The notes under the pieces are model-generated. The model searched no databases. It worked only from the letters and a program-made list of their open reading frames with translations, and was not told the DNA's origin. From an uncultured bacterium (lineage in GTDB: Bacteria; Desulfobacterota_D; UBA1144; Nemesobacterales; UBA2774): a stretch of DNA of 64,000 nt. Positions within the stretch are counted from its first letter, which is position 1; each line of letters starts with the position of its first letter. The position numbers and the translations under genes are program-made. Where the stretch lies: positions 416,001 through 480,000 of the forward strand of contig CAVPJU010000006.1 of NCBI GenBank assembly GCA_963705505.1. The letters run 5' to 3'. This document shows, piece by piece, positions 50,053-58,484 of the stretch.

Positions 50053-52008
50053 TCAGATTGGGAGACCGTTCTCGTCCAGCCCAGCGAGAGCTCTAGTGGC
50101 TTCTAGGTATAGCTGTAAACGGCGGGAGTTTTCCGCTACCGAAAAATGCTTTTTTAGATTGATGCGTTCACTCAAAGAAGGAAGCGCGAATAATCGGGTT
50201 TGGAGCGAGTACTCGAGTGCTGACTCAATAGCAGGAAACAACCCGTTATCACTGATTAATTGAATGACTGTTCGCGCCGTATTGGCAGCTTCCACAGCTT
50301 TGGCCGGAGGTGATGCGTTCGATGGAAACCAACTAGGTACACCGCCTGCATTTTTCCATCGGTTTTGAATACCGACGGTGCGCCAAATCAGCTCTCCGGT
50401 AGGGAAGCGCGTATCTGCAATATGCGGAGGGTTGTAGTAAACCGCCGGTTGTTTCCAAAAGTCGAGTGCAGATTGTATCGTGGTTGTGAGTGAATCCGCG
50501 TGAGCTTGTGTCCAGCCGGCCGTGTTCAACAGGGATGGAAGCCAACTGGAAGCAGGTACGGCGTTCTTCCATTCCTTTTTTGACTCCTTCGTACTGTCGG
50601 ACTCCCATTGGGTGCTGAGCGAACGCATGTCCTTTAACAGCCGGATCAGGATGCCCATGAATAGAACGTCGCCGAGGTGGTAGCGAAGATAGGCCGTGTA
50701 GGGGCCGAATCTCGGCATCTGCACGGCGCGTGACCTGTCACGCCAGGCGAGAAGTGTGGCGGGGTTGGTTCGAGACTGATACCACCGGGCTGCAACGGTT
50801 AAGGTTATGAATGTGGAGTTTCCGTAATCATCGCCCAGTAAAGCCAGCTTGCGCGCGGTTGCTGAGTCAGGTATCCCACGAGGTTTATGCATTTGCAACA
50901 GCTGGTTTATCTGTGTGTAGGCAGCCTCAAGACTCGCCGAAACGGCCGGTAGGTCCGCCTGAGTTTCGATTGAACTCATCCATAGGGTTTCTACTAGCCG
51001 GTCGAAGGAGGGTTTGTATGAGGTCGAAAGCCTATTACGACGAGTTAGGTCCACGACTGGTGATATGTTGGAAGCGGCGTGAGTTTCTGCCAAAGCACGT
51101 AGCTCGTCTCCCAAAGGAAGAGGCCACGACGTAATCGCATCCAATCCACCCAGCCAATTCAAATTCTCCTCCGTCAAAGTGAGCCGGTAACTTTCGTCTT
51201 TGTGATCCATGGCGACGTCTGCTTGCCTGATCATGATCCACCCTGGCCTGCTGAGAGCATCGTTGGTCAGCGTAGTGTCGGTTGTGCGAAATACATTGGG
51301 CTCACGGCATGTGCCTTCCATCGTAAGAGTCAGAGGCCCATTAGGGAAACTACGCTCAGGAGGTGTGCAGCAGAAATTGCCTTCCAGTCGGTACAGAGCC
51401 ATCATTTCAGTAAAGGGGATCGATCGGTTACCTGAGGCCACGAGTGGCGAAACTAGAACACTCATACGGGATGTATAATCGAACCGCAGCAGTAGTTCGT
51501 GGACTTGACGTGCGGCCTGCACACCTAACGCTTGCAGCTCACGTGACAGTGAGCCGGTCTGTCCAAGGAGTGTTTGCCGCATTATAGAGAGAAGCTCCGT
51601 ACCACTAAAAGAGGATAACTGCGCAACGAATGCAGCGATCTCGTCAAGCGCCACCATGCAACGATAGTCGTGCAAAAAGACATCATCCAAGATTTCGGAC
51701 TGGTGGAGTGCAATCCGCGAATCGATTGTGGCGAGGAGTGAATTATTCGATGCCGCAAGTGCAAAAGCGATGCCGGGAGGCGGTGCTGATTCTAGTCGGG
51801 ACAGATCGGAGATCCATGCTGAAAGCACTCCGGTCCAATAGCTTCGAGCTGCCTGCAGTCTGGAGGGATTGTCAACGATTTTCAGCGCTTCGTTGGGGTT
51901 CATGGTCGGTCCACCATCCCAAAGGGTACCGATACCAGCCATTAAACGATATCCGAGCTCTATGATTAGCTCGGCAAAACTGAGATCTAATTTGTGCTGG
52001 TCAGGCAT
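50053..52008 (-). CDS. Hypothetical protein (about 651 aa), island gene 2
   Basis: Long open frame; ATG at 52008 overlaps the upstream stop (ATGCCTGA) and has an AGGTG RBS; no family recognised. Confidence 0.8.
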   Translation of the reverse strand: MPDQHKLDLSFAELIIELGYRLMAGIGTLWDGGPTMNPNEALKIVDNPSRLQAARSYWTGVLSAWISDLSRLESAPPPGIAFALAASNNSLLATIDSRIALHQSEILDDVFLHDYRCMVALDEIAAFVAQLSSFSGTELLSIMRQTLLGQTGSLSRELQALGVQAARQVHELLLRFDYTSRMSVLVSPLVASGNRSIPFTEMMALYRLEGNFCCTPPERSFPNGPLTLTMEGTCREPNVFRTTDTTLTNDALSRPGWIMIRQADVAMDHKDESYRLTLTEENLNWLGGLDAITSWPLPLGDELRALAETHAASNISPVVDLTRRNRLSTSYKPSFDRLVETLWMSSIETQADLPAVSASLEAAYTQINQLLQMHKPRGIPDSATARKLALLGDDYGNSTFITLTVAARWYQSRTNPATLLAWRDRSRAVQMPRFGPYTAYLRYHLGDVLFMGILIRLLKDMRSLSTQWESDSTKESKKEWKNAVPASSWLPSLLNTAGWTQAHADSLTTTIQSALDFWKQPAVYYNPPHIADTRFPTGELIWRTVGIQNRWKNAGGVPSWFPSNASPPAKAVEAANTARTVIQLISDNGLFPAIESALEYSLQTRLFALPSLSERINLKKHFSVAENSRRLQLYLEATRALAGLDENGLPI

Positions 52009-55000
52009 GTTTAACACCTGCCCTTTGCAATACTTTGGACTGCGGTTTTATCTTTTGGGACCTCACTTTGCTCACCAACCGCTCTCTCGATTCTTTCCGA
52101 CGTATCTTGTGTTCGAACAGATGCTGCCCTGAGGGCTTTCGCGGTGACTTTCGCTTCTGAGGTTTACCGGGCATTAGTACAATCACTCTCGTCGGAGGTT
52201 TCGGAGCCGCAGATGCGGGGACAGCGACGAAAGTCGCGGTCTGTTCGATGCGGCTATCGCTCTCTGCGATCACAATCAGTATTGTATGGAGACCTTCGTA
52301 TAAAGATCCCAGTTTCAGCACGGTTCGCAATCGTAATGTTATGTCAGATTGCTGCTTGAGCTTGGGCATCCGACCTGCCGGGATTTTCGAATCGAGGGCC
52401 CACGTAGCGGCGGTCTTCTTCTTTTGCGACCTGTTCTTGCTCATCCGGATCGCTTGGTCGAAGTGTTGACCCCACACGCCTATATTGTCTCTCAGATTGA
52501 CGATTGGAAGTCGCAGGCCATCGAGTGCGGTTTCAACTTCAAAACGGTCGAGCTCTAGCTCGACGCCGTCGAGCCAAACGAAGACTCGCTGTTGTTCGTT
52601 CTCGCCAAGCCCAAGGAAGGACTGAGGTACACCTTCCAGTTCGATCTGGACGGTGACGTCGCGATCATAAGCGCTGGCATGCTTCGGTTCAACGATGTTA
52701 ATCGATCTCGGGCCAGGTAGCGTTTCAGCTAATTGAGTATTTACGTGCGTCTGTTCCTGCTTCACATCGCTCTGCGTGTGTTCTGCCTCTGCCAGCTCTT
52801 GCTCAAGACCGAATGCATGGGCGAGCGCCTCGGCTAAGTCGTTCGCGGCGCTCTCAAACAGTTGCAGCCCACTAATCAAGCTTCGCAGGGTCGGCTCAAT
52901 CCAGCTGAGGTTCAAGTGAACGGAACCAAGATTGATGTCCACTTCAAACCTTCGCGTGCGCAAGTGCGCTCCCGACCAGTCTATCTCCACAACCTGCATG
53001 TTCCAAGCGACCTCAAAGCCGATGGGAATTGTTGGAGAGTGTCCAAGGCGGTCCAGAACACGATCGACAAACCAATCCACTAAAATCCCCGAAATCTCGC
53101 TAGCCAGATTCGCTCCTGGCTCCACATCTCGGAAGCGATCCATTAGATCGTCCACCTCATTGCTGACAGCCTCGATCGCTTCCCAGATTGCGTCCGCAAA
53201 GGAATTGTCTAGAAGATCGTTGATGGTGTTTCGTAATTGATTTCGTGCAGACTGCTTAGCTGATCTGGGAAGAGACTTGTACACAATGTTGTCGGTCAAA
53301 ATCGGTTTGATGAATTTATACACTTCATCAACCAATGCGGAACGGATAGCGTTTCTGCCGGCGCCCGTGGAGAGCATCGAGATGAGCGAACGTAGCTCAG
53401 CGAAAGCAGCGGTAAATGCAGCACCGACCTGAGCGATTAATTGTGATATCTGCTGTGCGAGATCTGCAAGCAGTGCGAGGATATCCAGCGCTAGTTGATT
53501 CAGCTGATTCAACCATTGCTGAACCTGTTCCTGGATAGCTTTGATAACTTCCAACAGATCCTCGAGCAGCTTCTGACCAAGCCGCAAAAGCAGCTTGGTC
53601 ACGAAGAGTTGGAAGCGCTGCCCGGCTATGCCGGCTAACTCATGGGAGAGTGCATCCAGAGTAAGGGGGTCAGGTACAAAGGTGTTATCAGCCAGTTGCT
53701 GAACGAAAGAGCCCTGGTTATCCAGAGGCAATGGCTCTAAGAGCTGGAACATAGCTTCGCGGATGTGTACGCGGGTTTCCGGTGGCAGTGGCCCGAAAAC
53801 TTCCCCCCCAATCCGAAGAACTTCTTGGCATAATTCTTCAATGTCCTCCGCGTTCGAGTTGCCTACCAGTGGCGTCAAGGTATCAACTAGTCCGACTTCA
53901 TCAACATGATCGGCGAGATCGAACATCAGGTCTTGCATTTCTCTCTGTGCAGTAGTCATGAGAATGTCAGTCGTGACGGCGAGACTGCGCCCAAGCAGCA
54001 TGATTAACACACTCGACAGCGCTTCGGTAAAAACACTCTTGTCGATAGGATCGGTATCCCAGGTGAGGATACGGTCGAATACCAGATCCGTGGATAGCGA
54101 CATGGAAGGCATCAGCACTTCGTCAAAATACAGGCGGAGGTCGGGATTTTCGCTCGACACATTTTGCACAATGGGCTCTAGCTGCTGTCGGACACCATCT
54201 TCAAGGAAGCTTGAAAGTCCTCCGGCGAGCGAGCTCAGACTCGCTTGAACATCGGGTCTTCCCTGGGCGTTATTTTTGAATGGCCCAAGCTGTGTCAAGA
54301 GAATCTCAGCAACCTGGGATAGTCCTGCAGCTACTTTGTCCTGGAAAATTTCCAAAAAGACCTTTACGTCCGGCGCGAGAGCGATGGCAAGCTGGACGCC
54401 CTCAGTCAACAGATACTGGATGAGCTCGTTCAGTTGTAATGCACTGGTAGTATTGTTGCCGCGAATTTCACGACGAATGTCACTTCCCGGGTCGGACACC
54501 ACCGATCCAGTGAAACTTTGTTGAGCGCTTGCCGGATTAAGACCCACTAGTGAGAAGGAGGCCCGTGCTTGGGGCTGGTCGAGTCGATCTGAGCAAACGC
54601 GCATCAATTCCATAGCAGCCCACAGGATCGCCACAGGTTTTCGAGGCAGTGTCGCATTAGGACTAACCGCGTCGAGCGCGGCAACGGCGAGCGGTACGAG
54701 CTCGGACCAGTAGCTGAGGCTTGTGGTCGCGAAGGGGTCATCTGGACACTGCGTCATCTTCAAGCCGAGTGCGCTAATTGCAGAATTGGCTGTATCCCAA
54801 CTGTTGCCGCTGAGCGTGGCAAGCTCGGATTCGAGGGTTTGTTGCAAATTGAGGAGACCAGCGGTTGCGATGCGCTGCAACAGGTAGCGCTGGCTTTCTT
54901 CCAAGATGACTTGGCAGCAGCGAAGAGCCAAACGCTTGGCACCGTCGGATGTGACTGGTACAGGCTCAGTTCCATTACCAAGCAGGATTCCGATCTCGTA

Positions 55001-55759
55001 AGCGGTACGGAAGGCAATCTTTGCCGGGGCTGAGAAAGCTCTAACAATGGACGCTTCGTTGATGGCCGTGGGTGGTAGCTGGCCTATAATCTGCGAAACG
55101 ACTTCATCGACGACCACGTCCACTGAGCGGCTCACCAGGCGGTCGAAGTTCGTGATGCCAGCATTGACGAAAAATCGAAATCCCGCGCCTGCTTTGAGGC
55201 CAGCTCCCATCTCAAAGAGGAAATTGAAACCGGGCTTTTCGTTCTGTGTAGGACCTTGCAGAGCACGTCCTGTTACTACAAGGTTCACATAGGCCATGGC
55301 GGAAGCGGCCGCCTTCGCATATAGGCCTCCGCCGAATGTTACTTCATCGAGAAAAATCACGAAGAGTTTCAGCGGTAAACCTTTCACCTTTAGGTCGTTC
55401 TGAACCAGGCTTAGTAGATCTCCTGCGCTTAAGCCAAGCCTTAGAGAAACGCCAGCCGCGGCCTCAGCTGATAGCTTGAGACGCACAGCGAGGCCGATCT
55501 CATCGAATAGGTTAAGCGGCACCTGCACTTGGCCTGTGATACGCACTTCGGCCATGGCTTGGCCGGTCAGCTCGGCGGCGATATATTTTTGGAAATTTGC
55601 ATCAAGGTTAATATATGCGCCTAAGCCAAGGTCGAAGGCAATTCCGTGCCTGACCTCAGCCTTGAGTGTGGCAAGAACGTTCCCCTGTATCCCCGCACTT
55701 CCCCAAGGACTGGAAGCACCGGCGGCTGCAGTGACAATTGGCTGGTCCAAATTCGGCAT
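52001..55759 (-). CDS. Hypothetical protein (1252 aa), island gene 1
   Basis: 3.76-kb open frame, AAGGA RBS; Gly/Ala-rich beta N-terminus, helical and coiled-coil middle, Ig-like C-terminal segment, basic tail. Confidence 0.85.
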   Translation of the reverse strand: MPNLDQPIVTAAAGASSPWGSAGIQGNVLATLKAEVRHGIAFDLGLGAYINLDANFQKYIAAELTGQAMAEVRITGQVQVPLNLFDEIGLAVRLKLSAEAAAGVSLRLGLSAGDLLSLVQNDLKVKGLPLKLFVIFLDEVTFGGGLYAKAAASAMAYVNLVVTGRALQGPTQNEKPGFNFLFEMGAGLKAGAGFRFFVNAGITNFDRLVSRSVDVVVDEVVSQIIGQLPPTAINEASIVRAFSAPAKIAFRTAYEIGILLGNGTEPVPVTSDGAKRLALRCCQVILEESQRYLLQRIATAGLLNLQQTLESELATLSGNSWDTANSAISALGLKMTQCPDDPFATTSLSYWSELVPLAVAALDAVSPNATLPRKPVAILWAAMELMRVCSDRLDQPQARASFSLVGLNPASAQQSFTGSVVSDPGSDIRREIRGNNTTSALQLNELIQYLLTEGVQLAIALAPDVKVFLEIFQDKVAAGLSQVAEILLTQLGPFKNNAQGRPDVQASLSSLAGGLSSFLEDGVRQQLEPIVQNVSSENPDLRLYFDEVLMPSMSLSTDLVFDRILTWDTDPIDKSVFTEALSSVLIMLLGRSLAVTTDILMTTAQREMQDLMFDLADHVDEVGLVDTLTPLVGNSNAEDIEELCQEVLRIGGEVFGPLPPETRVHIREAMFQLLEPLPLDNQGSFVQQLADNTFVPDPLTLDALSHELAGIAGQRFQLFVTKLLLRLGQKLLEDLLEVIKAIQEQVQQWLNQLNQLALDILALLADLAQQISQLIAQVGAAFTAAFAELRSLISMLSTGAGRNAIRSALVDEVYKFIKPILTDNIVYKSLPRSAKQSARNQLRNTINDLLDNSFADAIWEAIEAVSNEVDDLMDRFRDVEPGANLASEISGILVDWFVDRVLDRLGHSPTIPIGFEVAWNMQVVEIDWSGAHLRTRRFEVDINLGSVHLNLSWIEPTLRSLISGLQLFESAANDLAEALAHAFGLEQELAEAEHTQSDVKQEQTHVNTQLAETLPGPRSINIVEPKHASAYDRDVTVQIELEGVPQSFLGLGENEQQRVFVWLDGVELELDRFEVETALDGLRLPIVNLRDNIGVWGQHFDQAIRMSKNRSQKKKTAATWALDSKIPAGRMPKLKQQSDITLRLRTVLKLGSLYEGLHTILIVIAESDSRIEQTATFVAVPASAAPKPPTRVIVLMPGKPQKRKSPRKPSGQHLFEHKIRRKESRERLVSKVRSQKIKPQSKVLQRAGVKHA

Positions 55760-55866
55760 TAGGCAAGCATCCTTACAATAGAAGGCTAACTAATAATAAG
55801 AACGCAATTAATGCAAAATTACATTCGAAATGAAGGGTTTTACAATATAATTCGCTATTAATCCTG

Positions 55867-55895
55867 ATACTACAACAATTATAATTTCTCGTCAA
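55867..55895 (-). promoter_or_regulatory. Sigma70 promoter driving the island operon
   Basis: Minus strand TTGACG-N17-TAGTAT about 110 bp upstream of the 1252-aa gene; AATTATAATT palindrome in the spacer. Confidence 0.6.
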
Positions 55896-56119
55896 CAAGG
55901 TATATAGAAACAGAATAGAGGCAAAGCAAAAACTATTAGATCAGTTTGTTGTGATCATGTTCAATAATTATATTAGCTTCCCGAATGACGATATTGAAGT
56001 AAGATTTCAGATAAAATCGTAATATAACTTTGTTCACAAAACAATTAAGTATCAACAAGAATGTTTCTTTATAGAACAGAAAAAGGGAAACACAATTGTG
56101 GATTTCTGGCTATAACGTA

Positions 56120-56781
56120 AGCACGTTGTGCACGTTGTGCCCGCCGCTCGCCGCGACTTCGAGAGCCCTCTTTACGTGCTCCTGCCCTTTCACCTCGTGG
56201 AAATCGACGTCGTAGGTCTTTGCCTTTGTGAATATCGATCCTATATCTATCCTCGTCGGAGGGATTTCCTTTTTGCCTGCGAGAAACTCGATTAATTCCT
56301 GGAGGGATTCTATCGCGAATACGTCAACACCCTCGACGACCGCGGCTTCTTCCGCGTTTTCTTTAGGGAGAAATATTCCCTTGAGCCCCGAGTCCCTCAC
56401 GCAAATAGAAGAGGGCAATGCGCCCTTAATCGGCTTTACCCTGCCGTCGAGTGAGAGCTCGCCGAGGATTACATACCTGCTCAGGAGCTCGTGGTCTATC
56501 AGTCCTATCGCGGAGAGGATTCCAAGCGAGATGGGGAGGTCGAAGGCCGAGCCCTCTTTCCTTATGTCGGCGGGGGCCAGGTTGACCGTGATCCTTCTGG
56601 AAGGGAATTCGTAGCCGCAGTTCTTTATAGCCGCCCTCACTCTCTCCTTGCTTTCCCTGACCGCGCCTTCGGGGAGGCCTACTGTGTTGAACTGCGGGAG
56701 CCCGAACGCGAGGTCCACCTCGACATCCACCAGGTAGGCGTCGACTCCGAGTACTGCGCTGCTCAGGACTTTTGACATCAT
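56120..56781 (-). pseudogene. comM: comM 5' fragment
   Basis: V.VEVD...GLP.F..VGLP...VRES.ERV, ITVNLAPAD..KEGS.FDLPI, GELSLDG, VKGQ...KRALEVAA.GGHN. Confidence 0.95.
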
Positions 56782-56973
56782 GTTAGCGGGGCCTATTGCA
56801 ACCTTAAATGCCTTTTTTATATCGGGTTATGAAATAAAAATCAATCTAAGAACTAAAATAGTATTTTACCCTGACCTGCTCGAACATCTTTTGTCTTGAG
56901 GACAATCCTCCGGGTATGCAGGGATCCTAGTAAAAAACGTTCGGCAACGAGGGCATTAATCTCACTTTTACAA

Positions 56974-57030
56974 TTGACAACCCGGGCATTCTTATTAATA
57001 TTTATAGCAGTCTAAGTAAGTACTTACTTA
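56974..57030 (+). promoter_or_regulatory. Promoter and perfect 18-bp palindromic operator upstream of the RND operon
   Basis: TTGACA-N16-TAATAT (56974-57001); TAAGTAAGTACTTACTTA (57013-57030). Confidence 0.7.
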
Positions 57031-57218
57031 CACTTTCTTCAAAGCTTTTCACCGGACGGGCAGTAGAATGAAGAACCTGATATATGCTGGTAATTTATAA
57101 TTACGGCTGACAAATGATCAGACCCGCAGGCTTTCGGGTGCGGGTCTTGAGGTATTGTGAAAGTGGATGAAATTCGCTCCGGGCTTTTTCGAATAGTGAG
57201 GACGGGAGGAAAAATTTT

Positions 57219-58412
57219 ATGACTCGTCTATGGTCGCAATACCTTATCACGATTGCGGCATCTTTGATGCTTATCACGGCTTGTTCCGGGGATAGTAATA
57301 AGCAGGCTGAAAAAGCGGCACAGAAAGCTCAGGGAGCGGCTGTTCCCGTGAGGGTGGCCAGCGTAAAGCAAAAGGACGTGCCTGTTCAGCTTCACGCAGT
57401 GGGCAACGTCGAAGAGTATTCAAAGGTGGACGTAAAGCCCCAGGTGGACGGAGAGCTCGCGCGGATCTACTTCAACGAAGGTGATAACGTAAAGAAGGGC
57501 GAGCTGCTTTTTCTCCTGGACACACGCCCGTTCGAATACGCGCTCCGGGTATCCGAAGCCAACATGGCGAGGGATACTGCTCAGATGAAAAAGGCGAAAG
57601 AGGACGCCAGGCGGTACGAGGACCTGGTCAAGAGGGGGGTCGTCTCAGAGCAGCAGTATGAGCAGTACAGCGCGGATTATCAGGCCCTCGAAGCGACCGT
57701 CAAGGCCGACGAGGCCGCGGTCGAAAAAGCCGGGCTCGATCTCGAGTACTGCTCCATAAGCTCTCCGATTGACGGGCGCATAGGCGAGATACTGGTCCAT
57801 GTCGGAAACACCGTTGAGAAGAGGTCTACACTTCTTGCCGTTATTAATCAGACGAAGCCCGTATATGTAAATTTTTCACTGCCCGAGCAGTACTTATCCG
57901 ACGTCAGAAATTATTTGGCTTCCGAAGGTAGTCTCAAAGTATACGCCGACATTCCCAAAGGAAAATCCGGGCCTCCCGAAGGTTCCTTGAAAGAAGAGCC
58001 GGCATCGGAAACGACCGTGTCCGAGACAGTTACGGGGGAGCTCAGCTTTATTAATAACGAGGTGAACGAGTCTACGGGCACGATTATGCTGAAGGGGGTC
58101 TTTCAGAATGACGACGAGGCTCTCTGGCCGGGCAAATTCGTAAATGTGTCGCTTACACTCACTATGCAGCAGGATGCTATCCTGATACCGGCAAAGGCCG
58201 TTCAGACGAGCAGGGACGGGACATACGTTTTCGTGGTCACACCCGATTCCACGGTGGAGTCCCGGCCTGTTGTGGAAGGGGTCAAAGCCGGTCAGGACGT
58301 CGTGATACTTAAGGGGCTTAAGCCCGGAGAGCGTGTAGTTACGGAGGGACACCTTCGTCTCGCTCCCGGCGTAAAGGTGACTATAAAGGACGGCAACGAA
58401 AATGAGGTTTGA
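57219..58412 (+). CDS. RND efflux periplasmic adaptor (MdtA-like lipoprotein)
   Basis: Lipobox ITAC, V.V.PQV.G, I.SPI.GR.G, LWPG.FV, GL.PGE.VV.EG. Confidence 0.92.
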   Translation: MTRLWSQYLITIAASLMLITACSGDSNKQAEKAAQKAQGAAVPVRVASVKQKDVPVQLHAVGNVEEYSKVDVKPQVDGELARIYFNEGDNVKKGELLFLLDTRPFEYALRVSEANMARDTAQMKKAKEDARRYEDLVKRGVVSEQQYEQYSADYQALEATVKADEAAVEKAGLDLEYCSISSPIDGRIGEILVHVGNTVEKRSTLLAVINQTKPVYVNFSLPEQYLSDVRNYLASEGSLKVYADIPKGKSGPPEGSLKEEPASETTVSETVTGELSFINNEVNESTGTIMLKGVFQNDDEALWPGKFVNVSLTLTMQQDAILIPAKAVQTSRDGTYVFVVTPDSTVESRPVVEGVKAGQDVVILKGLKPGERVVTEGHLRLAPGVKVTIKDGNENEV

Positions 58413-58484
58413 GGAATCCTGGTGTGAGAACAGGCGTAGAAGATATATATCCGGTCTCAGCGCTCAGACGGGGGAAAGCGCGAG

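Larger units (their letters stand above)
50004..56124. mobile_element. 6.1-kb element inserted in comM, with no integrase or transposase, carrying two large genes
   Basis: AGCAC direct repeat at 50004-50008 and 56120-56124; removing the element rejoins comM in frame; palindromic junctions. Confidence 0.92.

Noticed and set aside
50004..56124. Tn7-like/AbaR-type transposon in comM (5-bp duplication would fit)
   Set aside because: Ends read ACATG...CGTA rather than TGT...ACA; no terminal inverted repeats and no tns/tni genes seen
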